A stretch of DNA of 64,000 nt, from positions 1 through 64,000 of the forward strand of contig JAQGDQ010000934.1 of the NCBI GenBank assembly GCA_030141605.1, written 5' to 3'. The notes beneath the pieces were generated by a model. That model was not told the origin of the DNA. It did no database searches and saw only the letters and a program-made list of their open reading frames with translations. The DNA is from Tubiluchus corallicola (Eukaryota; Animalia; Priapulida). How positions within the stretch are numbered: position 1 is the stretch's first letter; each line of letters opens with the position of its first letter. The position numbers and the translations under genes are program-made. Shown piece after piece: positions 1 to 11,745 of the stretch.

Positions 1-257
1 AACCTGCAGGAGGACAAATTTTAACATATTTAGATTTTACACAGAAAGATTTAAACACTTCAGTATTGATCCTTAGAAACAAATCCACTTGGGGCATTGC
101 AGCGTGTAGGGAGTCTTGGCACAGGGAGGTGAGCAGAATCATGTCACTGGACGTATGATCAATTGGATGATGATGATGATGATTATGATCTGGCATAGGG
201 AGGTGAACAGAATCATGTCCCTGGACGTGTGATTCATTGGATGATGATGATGATGAT
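1..257 (+). mobile_element. 3' end of an RTE/RTE-X-like LINE with (GAT)n tail; terminal ~75 bp duplicated
   Basis: Translation PAGGQILTYLDFTQKDL...IAACRESWHREVSRIMSLDV* resembles the RTE C-terminal pattern (R.GRP..W.D..K.D...A.DR..WR). It is followed by GATGATGAT; 118-190 is repeated at 192-257. Confidence 0.5.
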
Positions 258-431
258 ATATCGTTTCAAATCTGAGTTATTTTTAGATTGCATGCATGCA
301 TAGTTGTTATACTAAAATCACTTATACATTTTATTACACATTATTTAATAAACTAGAAATTTGAATACTACAACTATCATTCTCATCTGAACTGAAAGCA
401 CAATGTCCTAAATGATAATCTAATGTGGGCT

Positions 432-829
432 CAGGGCCTATTTCAGGGGGGAGGGGAGTGGGTATACTTCCCCGGGGCCTCACCCTCCAGGGGGGCCTCG
501 CGCGAAGGTAATATTTTTTTGGTTTATGCGAACATACTACCTCCTCTCTCTCTCTCTCTCTCTCGTCGCACGCGCGCCGTTTGCCAGTATTGACAAGTAT
601 TAAGGACTGGTCTTGAGAATAAAGCAGTTTTTCTTTCAATTGTTCTTTCATTTAACAACTGTATAACTCCATATTTTCTCTTCGAAAATGCTTCTCCGGC
701 GTTCTAGCAGTTCAAAAATTTTATGGACGCCAACCATGGTGGCGCCCACCACCCTGGCGTTTCACCTCCCCCCAGGGGCGTCACACGCGCCCACTTCCCA
801 AGGCCTCGCTTAGGCTGAAATAGGCCCTG
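432..829. mobile_element. hAT-family MITE (copy 1)
   Basis: 15-bp TIR CAGGGCCTATTTCAG...CTGAAATAGGCCCTG; perfect 8-bp TSD TGTGGGCT (424-431, 830-837); second copy at 51408-51760. Confidence 0.9.
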
Positions 830-1237
830 TGTGGGCTGCAGGCTTATATGCATCCTGCAGACCTGCTAACATCGATTACTTGGTCCATTCAACATTAAGA
901 CCTGAAATATTTCATTTTTCAATTCAAGTGAGAATAATGGTAGTGTTATCGAAGCATTTTTTGCATAAAGTGATACGACACTTCCTTATTTATATTTAAG
1001 TGTTTGTTTTTTACGGAAAAAGCTACGGAAATAGTATGGTGGACACCTGGATGGGAGCCTATACCAGGCAAAAGTGGCAATAAGACGATATTACTACACC
1101 AGAACGCCAGTCTACAGATAACATACATACAGGTACGCATGCGCTAAGACTTGTTCTTTATCCAATGAAAATGAACTGTAGTGTGTGTGCATCTGGGACT
1201 GCTAAATCCACAATTCTACATTGCTTTGACATTTTAG

Positions 1238-1654
1238 GAAGATGACTTTGGCTGGTACCATTGCGGCATATTGGATAAAAACATCAGTGACGGATACGGC
1301 ATGTACAAGAACGTGTCCAAGGCTCTTCTGGCAGCTGTGAAGACAGATGAAGAGCTGAGAGAACAATACCGCGATATGGGTACCGTTGGTGGTATAGCCG
1401 CAGCCATCTGCTGTGGACTATTCACATGCATCAGTATTGTCTACCTGTGGCGTTTTAGTAAAGCTGATGACGAGGAAGATGATATAGGAGAAGAGAAGAG
1501 AAACATTGAGGACGATGGTGTTAAACCAGTTGGTGCTCAAACCTATGAATATGACAACCCAAGTTTTGAAAAAAATGTTGATGAAACTGCTTATGATGGT
1601 AGTGAACCACCAAAGTATGAAACTGTTGCTGAAGACATGTCCACACAATTTTGA
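1238..1654 (+). CDS. Terminal coding exon of Ig-domain type I transmembrane protein (gene A; upstream exons not seen in window)
   Basis: Acceptor ttttag|GAA at 1237/1238. Reads EDDFGWYHC (Ig F-strand D-x-G-x-Y-x-C), hydrophobic TM (GTVGGIAAAICCGLFTCISIVYLW), acidic tail with YDNPSF, PPKY and C-terminal STQF. Clearly paralogous to 7713-8012. Confidence 0.85.
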   Translation, partial: EDDFGWYHCGILDKNISDGYGMYKNVSKALLAAVKTDEELREQYRDMGTVGGIAAAICCGLFTCISIVYLWRFSKADDEEDDIGEEKRNIEDDGVKPVGAQTYEYDNPSFEKNVDETAYDGSEPPKYETVAEDMSTQF

Positions 1655-2008
1655 AGTGCAAAAATTTAGTAGTCTACTATCTGTGGAAGTTTTTTTTGTG
1701 CACGTATTCAGAATGTCATGCAATTATTCAAGCTTATAATGTGCGCATGCGCGCGCATCATTACGGTGTTTCACGTTGTGAGAAGTTTAAGTAGTTTAGA
1801 TTAAAAACCAAGAATAACTCAAAAAGGTATGAGTCAGACACCGATGAGTTACGTCATTAGCTGGATTAGCCCGTTCTAATATTTATAATTATTCATATTT
1901 GAAAATTACCTGACGAACGAAATAACATCATCGGCTCCTGGAAAGTCTAGATAGTCATAAGACTTTTAAGATGACCTGCTGGCGTTATAAGCAACACTTA
2001 ACAGTTAA

Positions 2009-2160
2009 AACTCTTTGCTAAAGATTATGATCGTGGAGCCAATGGACTATAATCTTGAAGCCAACACACATGATTACTTTCACAAACTCTTGGCTAAAGA
2101 TTATGATCGTGGAGCCAATGGATTATAATCTTGAAGCCAACACACATGATTAGTTTCACA
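2009..2160. repeat. ~76-bp tandem duplication
   Basis: aactctt(t/g)gctaaagattatgatcgtggagccaatgga... occurs twice. Confidence 0.8.
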
Positions 2161-3943
2161 GTCTTGGCTTCTTAAAAGTACTGTAAGTGTATCTACACAA
2201 AACTACAAGAACATATAGTAACTATGACCTCCAACAGTCAGGGTCAGAAAGGCAAACGACACACACATTTCCACGAACCTTGAAGACAGAAGTTAATATA
2301 AAGGAATTGTTGGGAACGCATCATAAACATGAAAAATAGAAGCCAGCGAGACTGAATAAACATGCAACTAAAGGCTGATTATTTTCGTCTTCATCAACAA
2401 TGAGAGATTCCATAAGTGAAAGATCTCTTTGTACAACTAGCAATTTGACAAGTTAAGTGATAAGAAAAGAAAGGGATCATAGAGTGTAGGGAATTTCGTC
2501 AAGTATCTCGTTGGCCACGTGACCACGGTCACTCACCTGTGCAAATCTGTTTCTACCTGGGCAAGTGAGTTAGTTGGTAGACGTTAACAGGCTTCTTTAA
2601 AAGTAGTTTTTCACAGTATGATAGTGGCATAATTCGCCAGATATATTGGTAAATACTAGATTTGCTTTATGGAGACATACGATGTAAGTAAATACATCAT
2701 TTTGTATTATTTTGAATCATTATGAACTGATCACTGTGAACATTTGAGTTTAATGCATGACAATCTTATAAACTTGATAGAGCGTCGTATAAATTAGTAA
2801 ATTACCAAATTAGGTTTATTTACCGCGTGATTTTGTGTTTAGTAAAGTCTAGAACTACAGAATTAGTTAAAAAAAAATAGGCAAATCATTACAGATTACA
2901 AACAAGTGTATTGGACTGATTGAGCGCAGTTAATTTGATATTTTAGCTTAACATAAAGTTGATTAATTCGACTTTATATTAATCGACACGTAACTAAGCT
3001 TATCGCAACCTTCAGTTGAATGCAAATTCGTAAAATGGCCTTTTTTATTTTTTAATAGAAATGACGTATAAAACACTACAATATTGAGTTGGAACATGGC
3101 AGTCATTGATTGTAGTTCAGAGAGGTTGTATTTAACCAGGTTTAGTCGTTTTACTATGAAATACTCACACTGTTGTATTTAAGAATGTTTTTCAACGTTA
3201 TTACATGTAAAGCACAAAGTGAGTTTTATCTTATTAACACTGAAACTTTGGTGATGCATAAATAACTATGGAAGTTTTTGCTGAATCAATCAAAGTGGTT
3301 TATTTATGATATTGCAGCAATGATCAGGCTGAAATAACAACAACAAACTAATTACATATAGTACTGCCATGCCGCATAGAGCGTAAGTACAAATATAAAT
3401 GTTTCGAATTATACTAATTTAAGAATTGTTCCTTTAATCACAAAAGTAAAACTGCAAATAATATACCGTTCTAAACATCTGCTTGACACTGCATGGAGTT
3501 CTTATAGTTAAATGTGTTAAAAATTGCCTCCTGGCAAACAGCAATACGGGTGCTCTTCATATGCTGAAATCTTTGAGATCCTCTAATGCATGGTTTAATA
3601 TATATATATAATTATTTGTGCACTTGATTGCATAATACGGAACGTTATTATCAGGTTAGCACTGGCTTTTCAGAACCATCTTCAATTCATCTGTAGCGCC
3701 ATCTAGCGGGCATTATGTGAATAACACCACAGCAATACAAACAGTTAATCAGAAACAAAGTCCACGTCGACACTCACGAATTAACTCAGATACATTTTTG
3801 TATCACACTGGACTGTTACAACACCAAATCTTTCTATCAATATATCAATACCATATCTAATCGAAAATTCGTGTTTGTATAACCGATCACGGCGCTTGTG
3901 TTTGTGCAGTGAATCACAGTCGGTAAATTGTTTGCTTGAGATA

Positions 3944-4130
3944 ATGCTAGATGCAGTGCTAGTTGTGGCTTCTTTGACATTAACCATCAGTTCAACTAAG
4001 CCTACAATGGCAGATATCGCTGGATCACCAAACAAGCAGGTGATTGCAGACAGATACTGGAGAAGAATTGCTTATCCAGGTGAAAATGCTACTCTACCGT
4101 GTCTCATAGTAGAAACAGAAGGATACGAGG
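3944..4130 (+). CDS. Gene B coding exon 1: signal peptide plus start of Ig domain
   Basis: ATG at 3944, MLDAVLVVASLTLTISS (signal-like), ...AYPGENATLPC (Ig B-strand Cys); donor GAGG|gtaag at 4130/4131, phase 1. Confidence 0.8.
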
Positions 4131-4320
4131 GTAAGAACTGCAAATTTCATAAACCGTTTTCCTACTGCTAAATTTTTATGAACATATGACGATAAAATAC
4201 ATCGTACTGTTGTTGCTTTGATCATGATGGCGACAACGATGAAAAGGACAATGACCATTCGGGTATGAGGGTAAGAACTGGAAATTTTATAAACCGTTTT
4301 TCTACTGTTAAATTTTTATG

Positions 4321-4513
4321 TGAGTAAAACTGCTGGTTTAGCAGTAAAACTTACTGCTAAATACAAGTGAGTAAACTTGTATTTTTAATAAGGGGCAGCT
4401 GACCAAGTGACCAATAGGTCTTTCGCTGCTCCTTCTCAGTTGCAATGAAATGTAAAAATAATTATGTCGAACTTTAAACTGCTATTGAGAAAATAAAATC
4501 GAATTGAATTGAA
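4321..4513 (+). mobile_element. Probable non-LTR retroposon 3' fragment with (GAATT)n tail
   Basis: Ends AATAAAATCGAATTGAATTGAATT and interrupts a local tandem duplication (4120-4258 vs 4261-4588). Confidence 0.45.
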
Positions 4514-4785
4514 TTATGACGATAAAATATATCATACAGTTGTTGTTTTGATCATGATGGCGACGACGATGAAAATGACAATGACCATGAGGGTGGTCGA
4601 TGACGATACAGTTGATGATAGTGATGATGATGATGACTTTGCAGTTAAACGATGATATTCACACAGAATGAACGTTAATATTTATTAGAAGCTAACAGTG
4701 TATTATTAAAAAGCAAGCAGATCTCTAACGAATCTGGGACACGGAACAGGAGAAAATTAGCTAGGGAACGGTTTCGTAAATTTAA

Positions 4786-5289
4786 AGGAAGACCGGAAGA
4801 TTGTTTAGACTCAATCTCATTTTAATTTACTGCCCAAAATATATATTTTCTTGCCTATAAAAGTTAGCAATTGTTCCTTATATTTGAATAATTAGCATAG
4901 AAAGTTAATTAACGGTAACCGAACACAGGTATTGCTTATGTCACAAACTAACCACAGTTTGTGCAATGGTAGGCATCTCACTTGCGCGCACGTTTGCATA
5001 AGTGTTACTGCTTAAACGCGTGATGTCACGAAAATGGGCTCTACATCATATGACGTCAGAAACTAACTCTGCAGTTCATGATCATGGTTATCACGGTACC
5101 GTCTTTTATTTGTCGGCCACGCGAATGTGACAAAAAGGCGCCGCTGCCAATCTTGGTTCACGGAGCCGCGCGTAGCTTTGAAAGTTTAACAAAATTTGAG
5201 TATCCGAGGTAACTATTATTTATTCTAAGCCTTGATTTAAAAAAAGCTATTGTAGTTTTCAATATTTTAGAACATTCTTTATTCTGAAC
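4786..5289 (+). mobile_element. TTAA-target MITE family A (Kolobok-like), copy 1, right end missing
   Basis: Begins TTAA|AGGAAGACCGGAAGATTGTTTAGAC; homologous to 13057-13363, 18332-18779 and 40342-40882. Confidence 0.75.
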
Positions 5290-5391
5290 CACACATTCTT
5301 CTTGATTATAATGTCGATGTAACATAAATTACAACTTTCTGACGAGACAATTCGCGTTCTTCTTTACTGTGACGTTTTCTGCTTTTTCCAG

Positions 5392-5507
5392 TGACAGAAA
5401 TTGAGTGGCTTCATCCCAACCAGACAGTAATTACTGAAGATAATGAAAACGATAACAAAGTTGTTCTCCAGCAGCAAAATGCCAGCCTTCATGTCAGCCA
5501 TATTCTC
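5392..5507 (+). CDS. Gene B coding exon 2 (Ig domain core)
   Basis: Acceptor gctttttccag|TG; phase 1 joins exon 1 to give V-TEIEWLHPNQTVI (Ig C-strand Trp)...NASLHVSHIL; donor CTC|gtgagt, phase 0. Confidence 0.85.
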
Positions 5508-5676
5508 GTGAGTACGATTATCTCAAATTCTTACAACAAAATGACGACTAAAACAATGACTTTTATTATTAGTTATAATCTTAGTTTCAATGCTAGAATA
5601 AACCCTGAATTTATATTTGAAGACAACACACTTTATTAAAACTTCTACTTTACAATGTTAAACAGCTAAAATCATG

Positions 5677-5715
5677 CCAAACATTTCGACATGCTACTGC
5701 TGTCATCATCAGTGG
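5677..5715 (-). ncRNA. Minimal type I hammerhead ribozyme motif (Penelope-like), copy 1
   Basis: Minus strand reads CCA CTGATGA T GACA-gcagtagca-TGTC GAAA TG TT TGG; core intact, stem I CCA/UGG. Confidence 0.6.
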
Positions 5716-5814
5716 TAAATTTACAAACATACAACCAGTTTATATAGGCAGAGTCTATTATGCACTAATTAAGTAGTTCGCAGAACCTTTCTGTTGATTC
5801 TAACCACAACCTAG

Positions 5815-5846
5815 CTATTATTATTATTATTATCATTATTATTAGC

Positions 5847-5882
<36 letters not shown>

Positions 5883-5895
5883 CATTATTATTAGC

Positions 5896-5945
<50 letters not shown>

Positions 5946-5947
5946 GC

Positions 5948-6023
<76 letters not shown>

Positions 6024-6084
6024 GTTATTATTATTATTATCATTATTATTAGCTATTATTATTATTATTATTATTATTATTAGC

Positions 6085-6157
<73 letters not shown>

Positions 6158-6180
6158 GTTATTATTATTATTATTATTAT
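5815..6180. repeat. (ATT)n microsatellite
   Basis: Seen directly. Confidence 0.95.
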
Positions 6181-6275
6181 CGGTTTTATTACAGGTACAT
6201 AAAAACATCTATAGTTAGAAACTAAACAACTTTATTAAAAACTTTTACATTAAAAAGTTTAAAGTTAAAATCATG

Positions 6276-6314
6276 TCAAACGTTTCGACTAGTTGCGGCT
6301 GTCATCATCAGTGG
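6276..6314 (-). ncRNA. Minimal type I hammerhead ribozyme motif, copy 2
   Basis: Minus strand reads CCA CTGATGA T GAC-agccgcaacta-GTC GAAACGTT TGA. Confidence 0.6.
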
Positions 6315-6404
6315 TACAGTTACGAACGTACAACCAGTTTATATAGGTAGTGCCTATTTTATACTAATTAAGTAGTTAGCAGAAGACAAATGGATATGTC
6401 TGTT

Positions 6405-6630
<226 letters not shown>

Positions 6631-6729
6631 CTAGGTTGTGGTTAGAATCAACAGAAAAGTTCTGCGAACTACTTAATTAGTGAATAATAGGCTCTGCCTA
6701 TATAAACCGGTTTTCTGCTTGTAAATTTA

Positions 6730-6765
6730 CCACTGATGATGACAGCAGTCTGTCGAAACGTTTGA
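6730..6765 (+). ncRNA. Minimal type I hammerhead ribozyme motif, copy 3
   Basis: CCA CTGATGA T GACAG-cagt-CTGTC GAAACGTT TGA; perfect 5-bp stem II and palindromic ACGT stem III; TATATAAA upstream (~6699) and AATAAA downstream (~6805). Confidence 0.7.
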
Positions 6766-6935
6766 CATGATTTTAGCTTTTTATCTTCGTAAAGTAAAAA
6801 TTTTAATAAACTCTGAATTATTCTTAATTTTAAAACCAACTTTGACCGAAAAGAAGGTTACGTGAAAAAGTGTGATGCCTGAATTAAACCTACCCACAAC
6901 CAAAGATTTGTGAATTACAAGTCCAATGGCATTAC

Positions 6936-7420
6936 CAGGGATGAGAACGACAAATTGCAAAAAACTCTGAAATAGGCCGGGGGTTTGGGGGCGGCGTAGC
7001 AGCAACAAAATTGCAATTTTGTGACCGAAGAGAGCCTCTAAGTAGACTTAAAATATCAGTTACCTTGTTTCATGCATAATTTAAAATAACCAACTATCAA
7101 GGATACATGATACCTAATTGTCTCAAAAATGCCTAAGTACTGGCCGCTCCTATGCAAAAGTATATAAAAACTGTCTGCAATTGACTCAAATAACTCTGCA
7201 CAATTGATTCTACATTTTTATACATAGAGATATACACGTGGTTACACCGATGTACGTGATGTAAACAAAGTGACGGCCTGCCAACTAGCGGTCAGTTTGT
7301 GAAATAATGTACTGGGTCCGTAAAAATTTTCTCAACGAATTTACGCGGTTTACAAAAATGGCACTACTGGTCTTCCAAAAACTCGGAATTCCGCTTATCC
7401 CCGGAAAATTCTCATCCCTG
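6936..7420. mobile_element. hAT-like MITE
   Basis: 12-bp TIR CAGGGATGAGAA...TTCTCATCCCTG flanked by CATTAC on both sides; partial second copy at ~37113-37390. Confidence 0.75.
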
Positions 7421-7712
7421 CATTACTACCATAGACTATCCAGTTCCTTGGAAAATAATTTTAATTCAATAGTCCTAATGGCTAACTAGCTAATTCAACA
7501 TTCAGTTTAAAGCATTAGCGCACTCATACTAAAATACAGTAGTTACTAATTTATTAGATTATTTTTTATAATTAACTGACGGGGAACCACACATGACAGA
7601 ATGATATAAGAATCCTTTTTCCCTAGCAAATTCCTTCCTTTCAGTCAAATTTGGTTTCAAAATTTCAATATTTATGGATTTAGTCCATCAACGTTTTTTA
7701 CTGATTTTACAG

Positions 7713-8012
7713 ATGGATGATTTCGGTTGGTACTACTGTCAGCTCAAAAACAGAAGTAGCAGCAAGAGAAATGGCTACCAAATTTCCAGAGCTCTTCTGC
7801 GAAAAGTCAAAACCTGTGAAGAGCTCAGAGAAGACTACGTGGCTCATACTATCACTGCCGCCATTGCTGCTGCCGCCACGTTGGTCATCTCAGCGCTAAC
7901 CTGTGTGATTTACAAATACTGGTCTCGTCTCGAAAATCTGCTTCCCAACAAACTTGATGACGTGGAAGTTTTGCTCCCCGATAACGAACCAAGCAACGAA
8001 ATTCGTGGTTAA
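7713..8012 (+). CDS. Gene B terminal coding exon (Ig F/G strands, TM, short tail)
   Basis: Acceptor ctgattttacag|ATG, phase 0. MDDFGWYYC..ISRALL..VKTCEELREDY..TM AAIAAAATLVISALTCVIY; stop TAA 8010-8012. Exons of 187+116+300 nt give 200 aa. Confidence 0.85.
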   Translation: MDDFGWYYCQLKNRSSSKRNGYQISRALLRKVKTCEELREDYVAHTITAAIAAAATLVISALTCVIYKYWSRLENLLPNKLDDVEVLLPDNEPSNEIRG

Positions 8013-8426
8013 ACCAGTTGTAGTTCATACGGTTAAACCAGTTGTAGTTCGAACGGTTAAACCAGATGTAGTTCGAACGGTTAAGCCAGTTGTAGTTCGT
8101 ATGGTTAAACCAGTTGTAGTTCGTACGGTTAAACCAGTTGTAGTTTGAACGGTTAAACCAGATGTAGTTCGAACGGTTAAGCCAGTTGTAGTTCGAACGG
8201 TTAAACCAGTTGTAGTTCATACGGTTAAGCCAGTTGTAGTTCGTATGGTTAAACCAGTTGTAGTTCGTATGGTTAAACCAGATGTAGTTCGTACGGTTAA
8301 ACCAGATGTAGTTCGAACGGTTAAACCAGTTGTAGTTCGTATGGTTAAACCAGATGTAGTTCGTATGGTTAAACCAGATGTAGTTCGAACGGTTAAACCA
8401 GTTGTAGTTCGAACGGTTAAATCAGT
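8007..8426. repeat. 24-bp minisatellite (GGTTAAACCAGTTGTAGTTCGAAC), ~17 units
   Basis: Seen directly; the first unit overlaps the gene B stop codon. Confidence 0.95.
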
Positions 8427-8472
8427 GGCAGTTCCAGATCTAATGATTTAAGCTGAAGGCTTAGATTAGTTG

Positions 8473-9125
8473 CAGTGGTGGCTCGTAGCTAAAATTAGTG
8501 GGGGTGCTGCAAAATTAAAATTTTTTTAGCCATTGTTTTAATACTGTGAAAATGAAACAAACATATGAAATTATAATGTTGTAATTGTAATTTGAAACAG
8601 GCAAACTAATTTAAACTTAACCTTGATAAACTCCTAAACAAAAACATTGTTTTCTTACGAATAGCCTAAATTGTCGCAGTTCAAGAACATGGCAGTACAC
8701 GGCTTTTAAACACGTGACAACTGACAACACGTACTGCACTGAGCCACAGTACTCTTCCTACCTAAACTACAGCGTTTTATCTCAGACATGTGCGCATGGC
8801 CGCATGCGCACAACAACCAAACATCGCATTGCTTGGGCTGTGAAGCAAATTGTACTTCCCTCACGTGCTCCGGTTCCGCACAAGTATAAAGAAAGAACTA
8901 AAGAAAAAAGACTTATTATATTGAATATTATGGATAATAATGAATGAAAACAGGGGGTGCTGCAGTACCACAGTACCTATACACGAGCCGCCACAGGGGG
9001 TGCTGCAGCACCACAGTACCTATACACGAGCCGCCACAGGGGGTGCTGCAGTACCACAGTACCTATACACGAGCCGCCACAGGGGGTGCTGCAGTACCAC
9101 AGTACCTATACACGAGCCGCCACTG
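8473..9125. mobile_element. hAT-family MITE with 43-bp subterminal tandem repeat (x4)
   Basis: TIR CAGTGGTGGCTCGT...ACGAGCCGCCACTG; perfect 8-bp TSD ATTAGTTG (8465-8472, 9126-9133). Confidence 0.9.
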
Positions 9126-9373
9126 ATTAGTTGTCAAAAACGCTCAAAAATGGCAAAGAACCGTAATCAACTAACACCTTGGAAAATGTGCATCACTTTT
9201 AAAGCATGTCAGTTTATAAGGCAATTGATCAAAAAGTCAAGGATAAAAATATTCCTGTGAGAATACAAAGCGGAAAGTAGAGTAAAATGATGACAGAGAA
9301 CATTAGTGAACGCATTTATTGATTTTAATTCACCTTTAAACTCAGTGTTGGTCAGTTTGAACACAGCATCACC

Positions 9374-9810
9374 AATTGATCTAGATTTAATTGGAATTGA
9401 ACTGAATTTGGGTTGCAGAAAAGGGTGCGCGTGCGTGCGTGAGTGCGTGCGTGTGTGTGTAAAAAGGACAGCAACCACAAAAGTGATCAACTAAGAAACG
9501 ATGAATTGATCTGGATTTAATTGGAATTGAACCGAATTTGGGTTACAGAAAAGGGTGTGCGTGCATGCGTGCGTGCGTGTGTGTGTGAAAAAAGGACTGC
9601 AACCACAAAAGTGATCAACCAAGAAACGATGAATTGATCTGGATTTAATTGGAATTGAACCGAATTTGGGTTACAGAAAAGGGTGTGCGTGAGTGCGTGC
9701 GTGCGTGCGTGAGTGAGTGAAAAAAGGACAGCAACCACAAAAGTGATCAACTAATAACACGATGAATTGACCTGGATTTAATTGGAATCGAACCGAATTT
9801 GGGTTACGTG
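9374..9810. repeat. ~130-bp tandem repeat containing GT/GC microsatellite, ~3.5 units
   Basis: aattgatct(g/a)gatttaattggaattgaaccgaatttgggtt... recurs four times. Confidence 0.85.
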
Positions 9811-10062
9811 TGAGTGAAAATGTCGAAAGTTACCAAGAAGCCTTTTGATTCAATTCTTTTGACAAAATTCACTTCAGTCGATCAGCTAGTGGCCAAAGTC
9901 TAATCACATGAAATGTATCGCTATGAGGTTTAGCTACCTCTAACCGGGTTTTTGATTTTACTTACCAAATAAATAAAATAAAAGATGCGTGTACTAACAT
10001 TAAATTATGAGCTTCAGTAAAAACGAACACTTGTCCCTCAGGGAAGCAATAATTCGTAAAAC

Positions 10063-10745
10063 AAAAGCTGTGAAAGTCATGTTTGAAGTTGTAGATCACT
10101 CACTTGTAGAACAAGAATAAAAAATCTATAATACATATTTGCACTGCATAAAATAGAAAAGTGTTTATTAAACTAAAGAAACATGAGTAGCATGACTGCT
10201 GCACTGAACACTGAGAGTGAGTGAGTCCTGCACTGAACACTGAGAGTTAGAGAGAGTCCCGCACTGAACACTGAGAGTTAGAGAGAGTCCCGCACTGAAC
10301 ACTGAGAATGAGAGAGTCCTGCACTGAACACTGAGAGTTAGAGAGTGTGGGAGCCTAAAGAAACATGAGTAGCACGACTGCTGCACTGCAATGAGAGTGA
10401 GTGAGTCCTGCACTGAACACTGAGAGTTAGAGAGAGTCCCGCACTGAACACTGAGAATTAGAGACTCCTGCACTGAACACTGAGAATTAGAGACTCCTGC
10501 ACTGCAATGAGAGTTAGAGCGACTAGAAAGTAAAACCAGTCAGTATATATAGGTATAGGTGACCTATGCAGACTTGCAAAGGCTTCAAAAAACCATTAAT
10601 TTAAAATAGGGAGAGAACCAGTGAATATGCATTCACTGGACCATACAATTATACTGGAGGTAAGTCAGCTGGTAGAATGTAACAGGATTAGTTCATAGAT
10701 GGCAGCACCTAATTAAAAATGTACAATTACAACTTCCACAAAAGC
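10063..10745 (+). mobile_element. Dispersed repeat family B with internal ~30-bp tandem units
   Basis: Homologous in inverted orientation to 19232-19682; contains the hairpin CCAGTGAATATGCATTCACTGG. Confidence 0.65.
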
Positions 10746-11580
10746 TAAAGAAACTGCAAATGTCGACCAATGAGCTCTGACGCCATGATTTATAACACTC
10801 AAATAAGAAATTAATTCAGCCACCTGCCTAGTTCCCAGTTTCATTATTCACGGTTCAGCGGATTTAGGACGTTGTGTGGCGGAGGTAATAGGGAAGCCAT
10901 GGCGGAGGTAACAGGGAAGCCAGGTTTTTGACTAATGGCACAGTTATTGAGCGAAAAACAACAGCCATAAATTACATCATAATATAAAGGAAAGACTCAC
11001 TCAATAAACGAATCAGATGCAATTGTGACAGATACAGGATGATGTTCTAGGTGAGATTAAGGTCTACAGCCAAGTTTACTGGTCGGGATTCAGGCCGGCT
11101 TAATGCAGCAGGATAGGAACCTAGTTTACTACTAAAAGGAATCCTCAAAGATCACTCAATGACCCGGTAAAGGTATTTTAACCACGTTCACTTGTGCTAA
11201 TATAATAATATGTATCATATTACATAACGTATCCACATAATATATTCTCCCTCAGCTGGGAAAACAGTAAGAATGAGTATGGCAATGAAAGTGAAACTGC
11301 TCAGAGGAAGTTTCAAACTAGGTGGTCACCCATCCATTCAGTGATCAGCCTACACACTGCTTAACCGATCACAAGCACACACTGAGTAACCACTGATTCA
11401 CTGATAATTAGTTCCCAAGCAGAATTGACTCTGTAGTACCTCAAAAGATTCACGGTGCATTTGAGTCCATTGTCACATGAGCACTGGTTGAGGGACCAGT
11501 AGGTTGAGTGACTAGAAACTGAATGACGCAGTACTCGTTTTGTACTCAATCCTGAATGTTCAATTATAGATTAACAAAAG

Positions 11581-11745
11581 TACTCATTCTCAGATCCCGC
11601 AACGTCAATAACTAGAATAACTCATTCTCAGTGTGTCCAATCTGAGTAACCAACATACTCATTCTCAGATCCCTCAATGTCAACAACTAGAATAACTCAT
11701 TCTCAGTGTGTCCAATCTGAGTAATCAACACACTCATTCACAGAA
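11581..11745. repeat. ~76-bp tandem duplication
   Basis: tactcattctcagatccc..aactagaataactcattctcagtgtgtccaatctgagtaa occurs twice. Confidence 0.75.

Noticed and set aside
2600-2683. Upstream exon of gene B (donor GAT|gtaagt at 2683/2684, acceptor at 3909/3910)
   Set aside because: Plausible 5'UTR exon, but its ATG would meet an immediate stop after splicing and there is no independent support.
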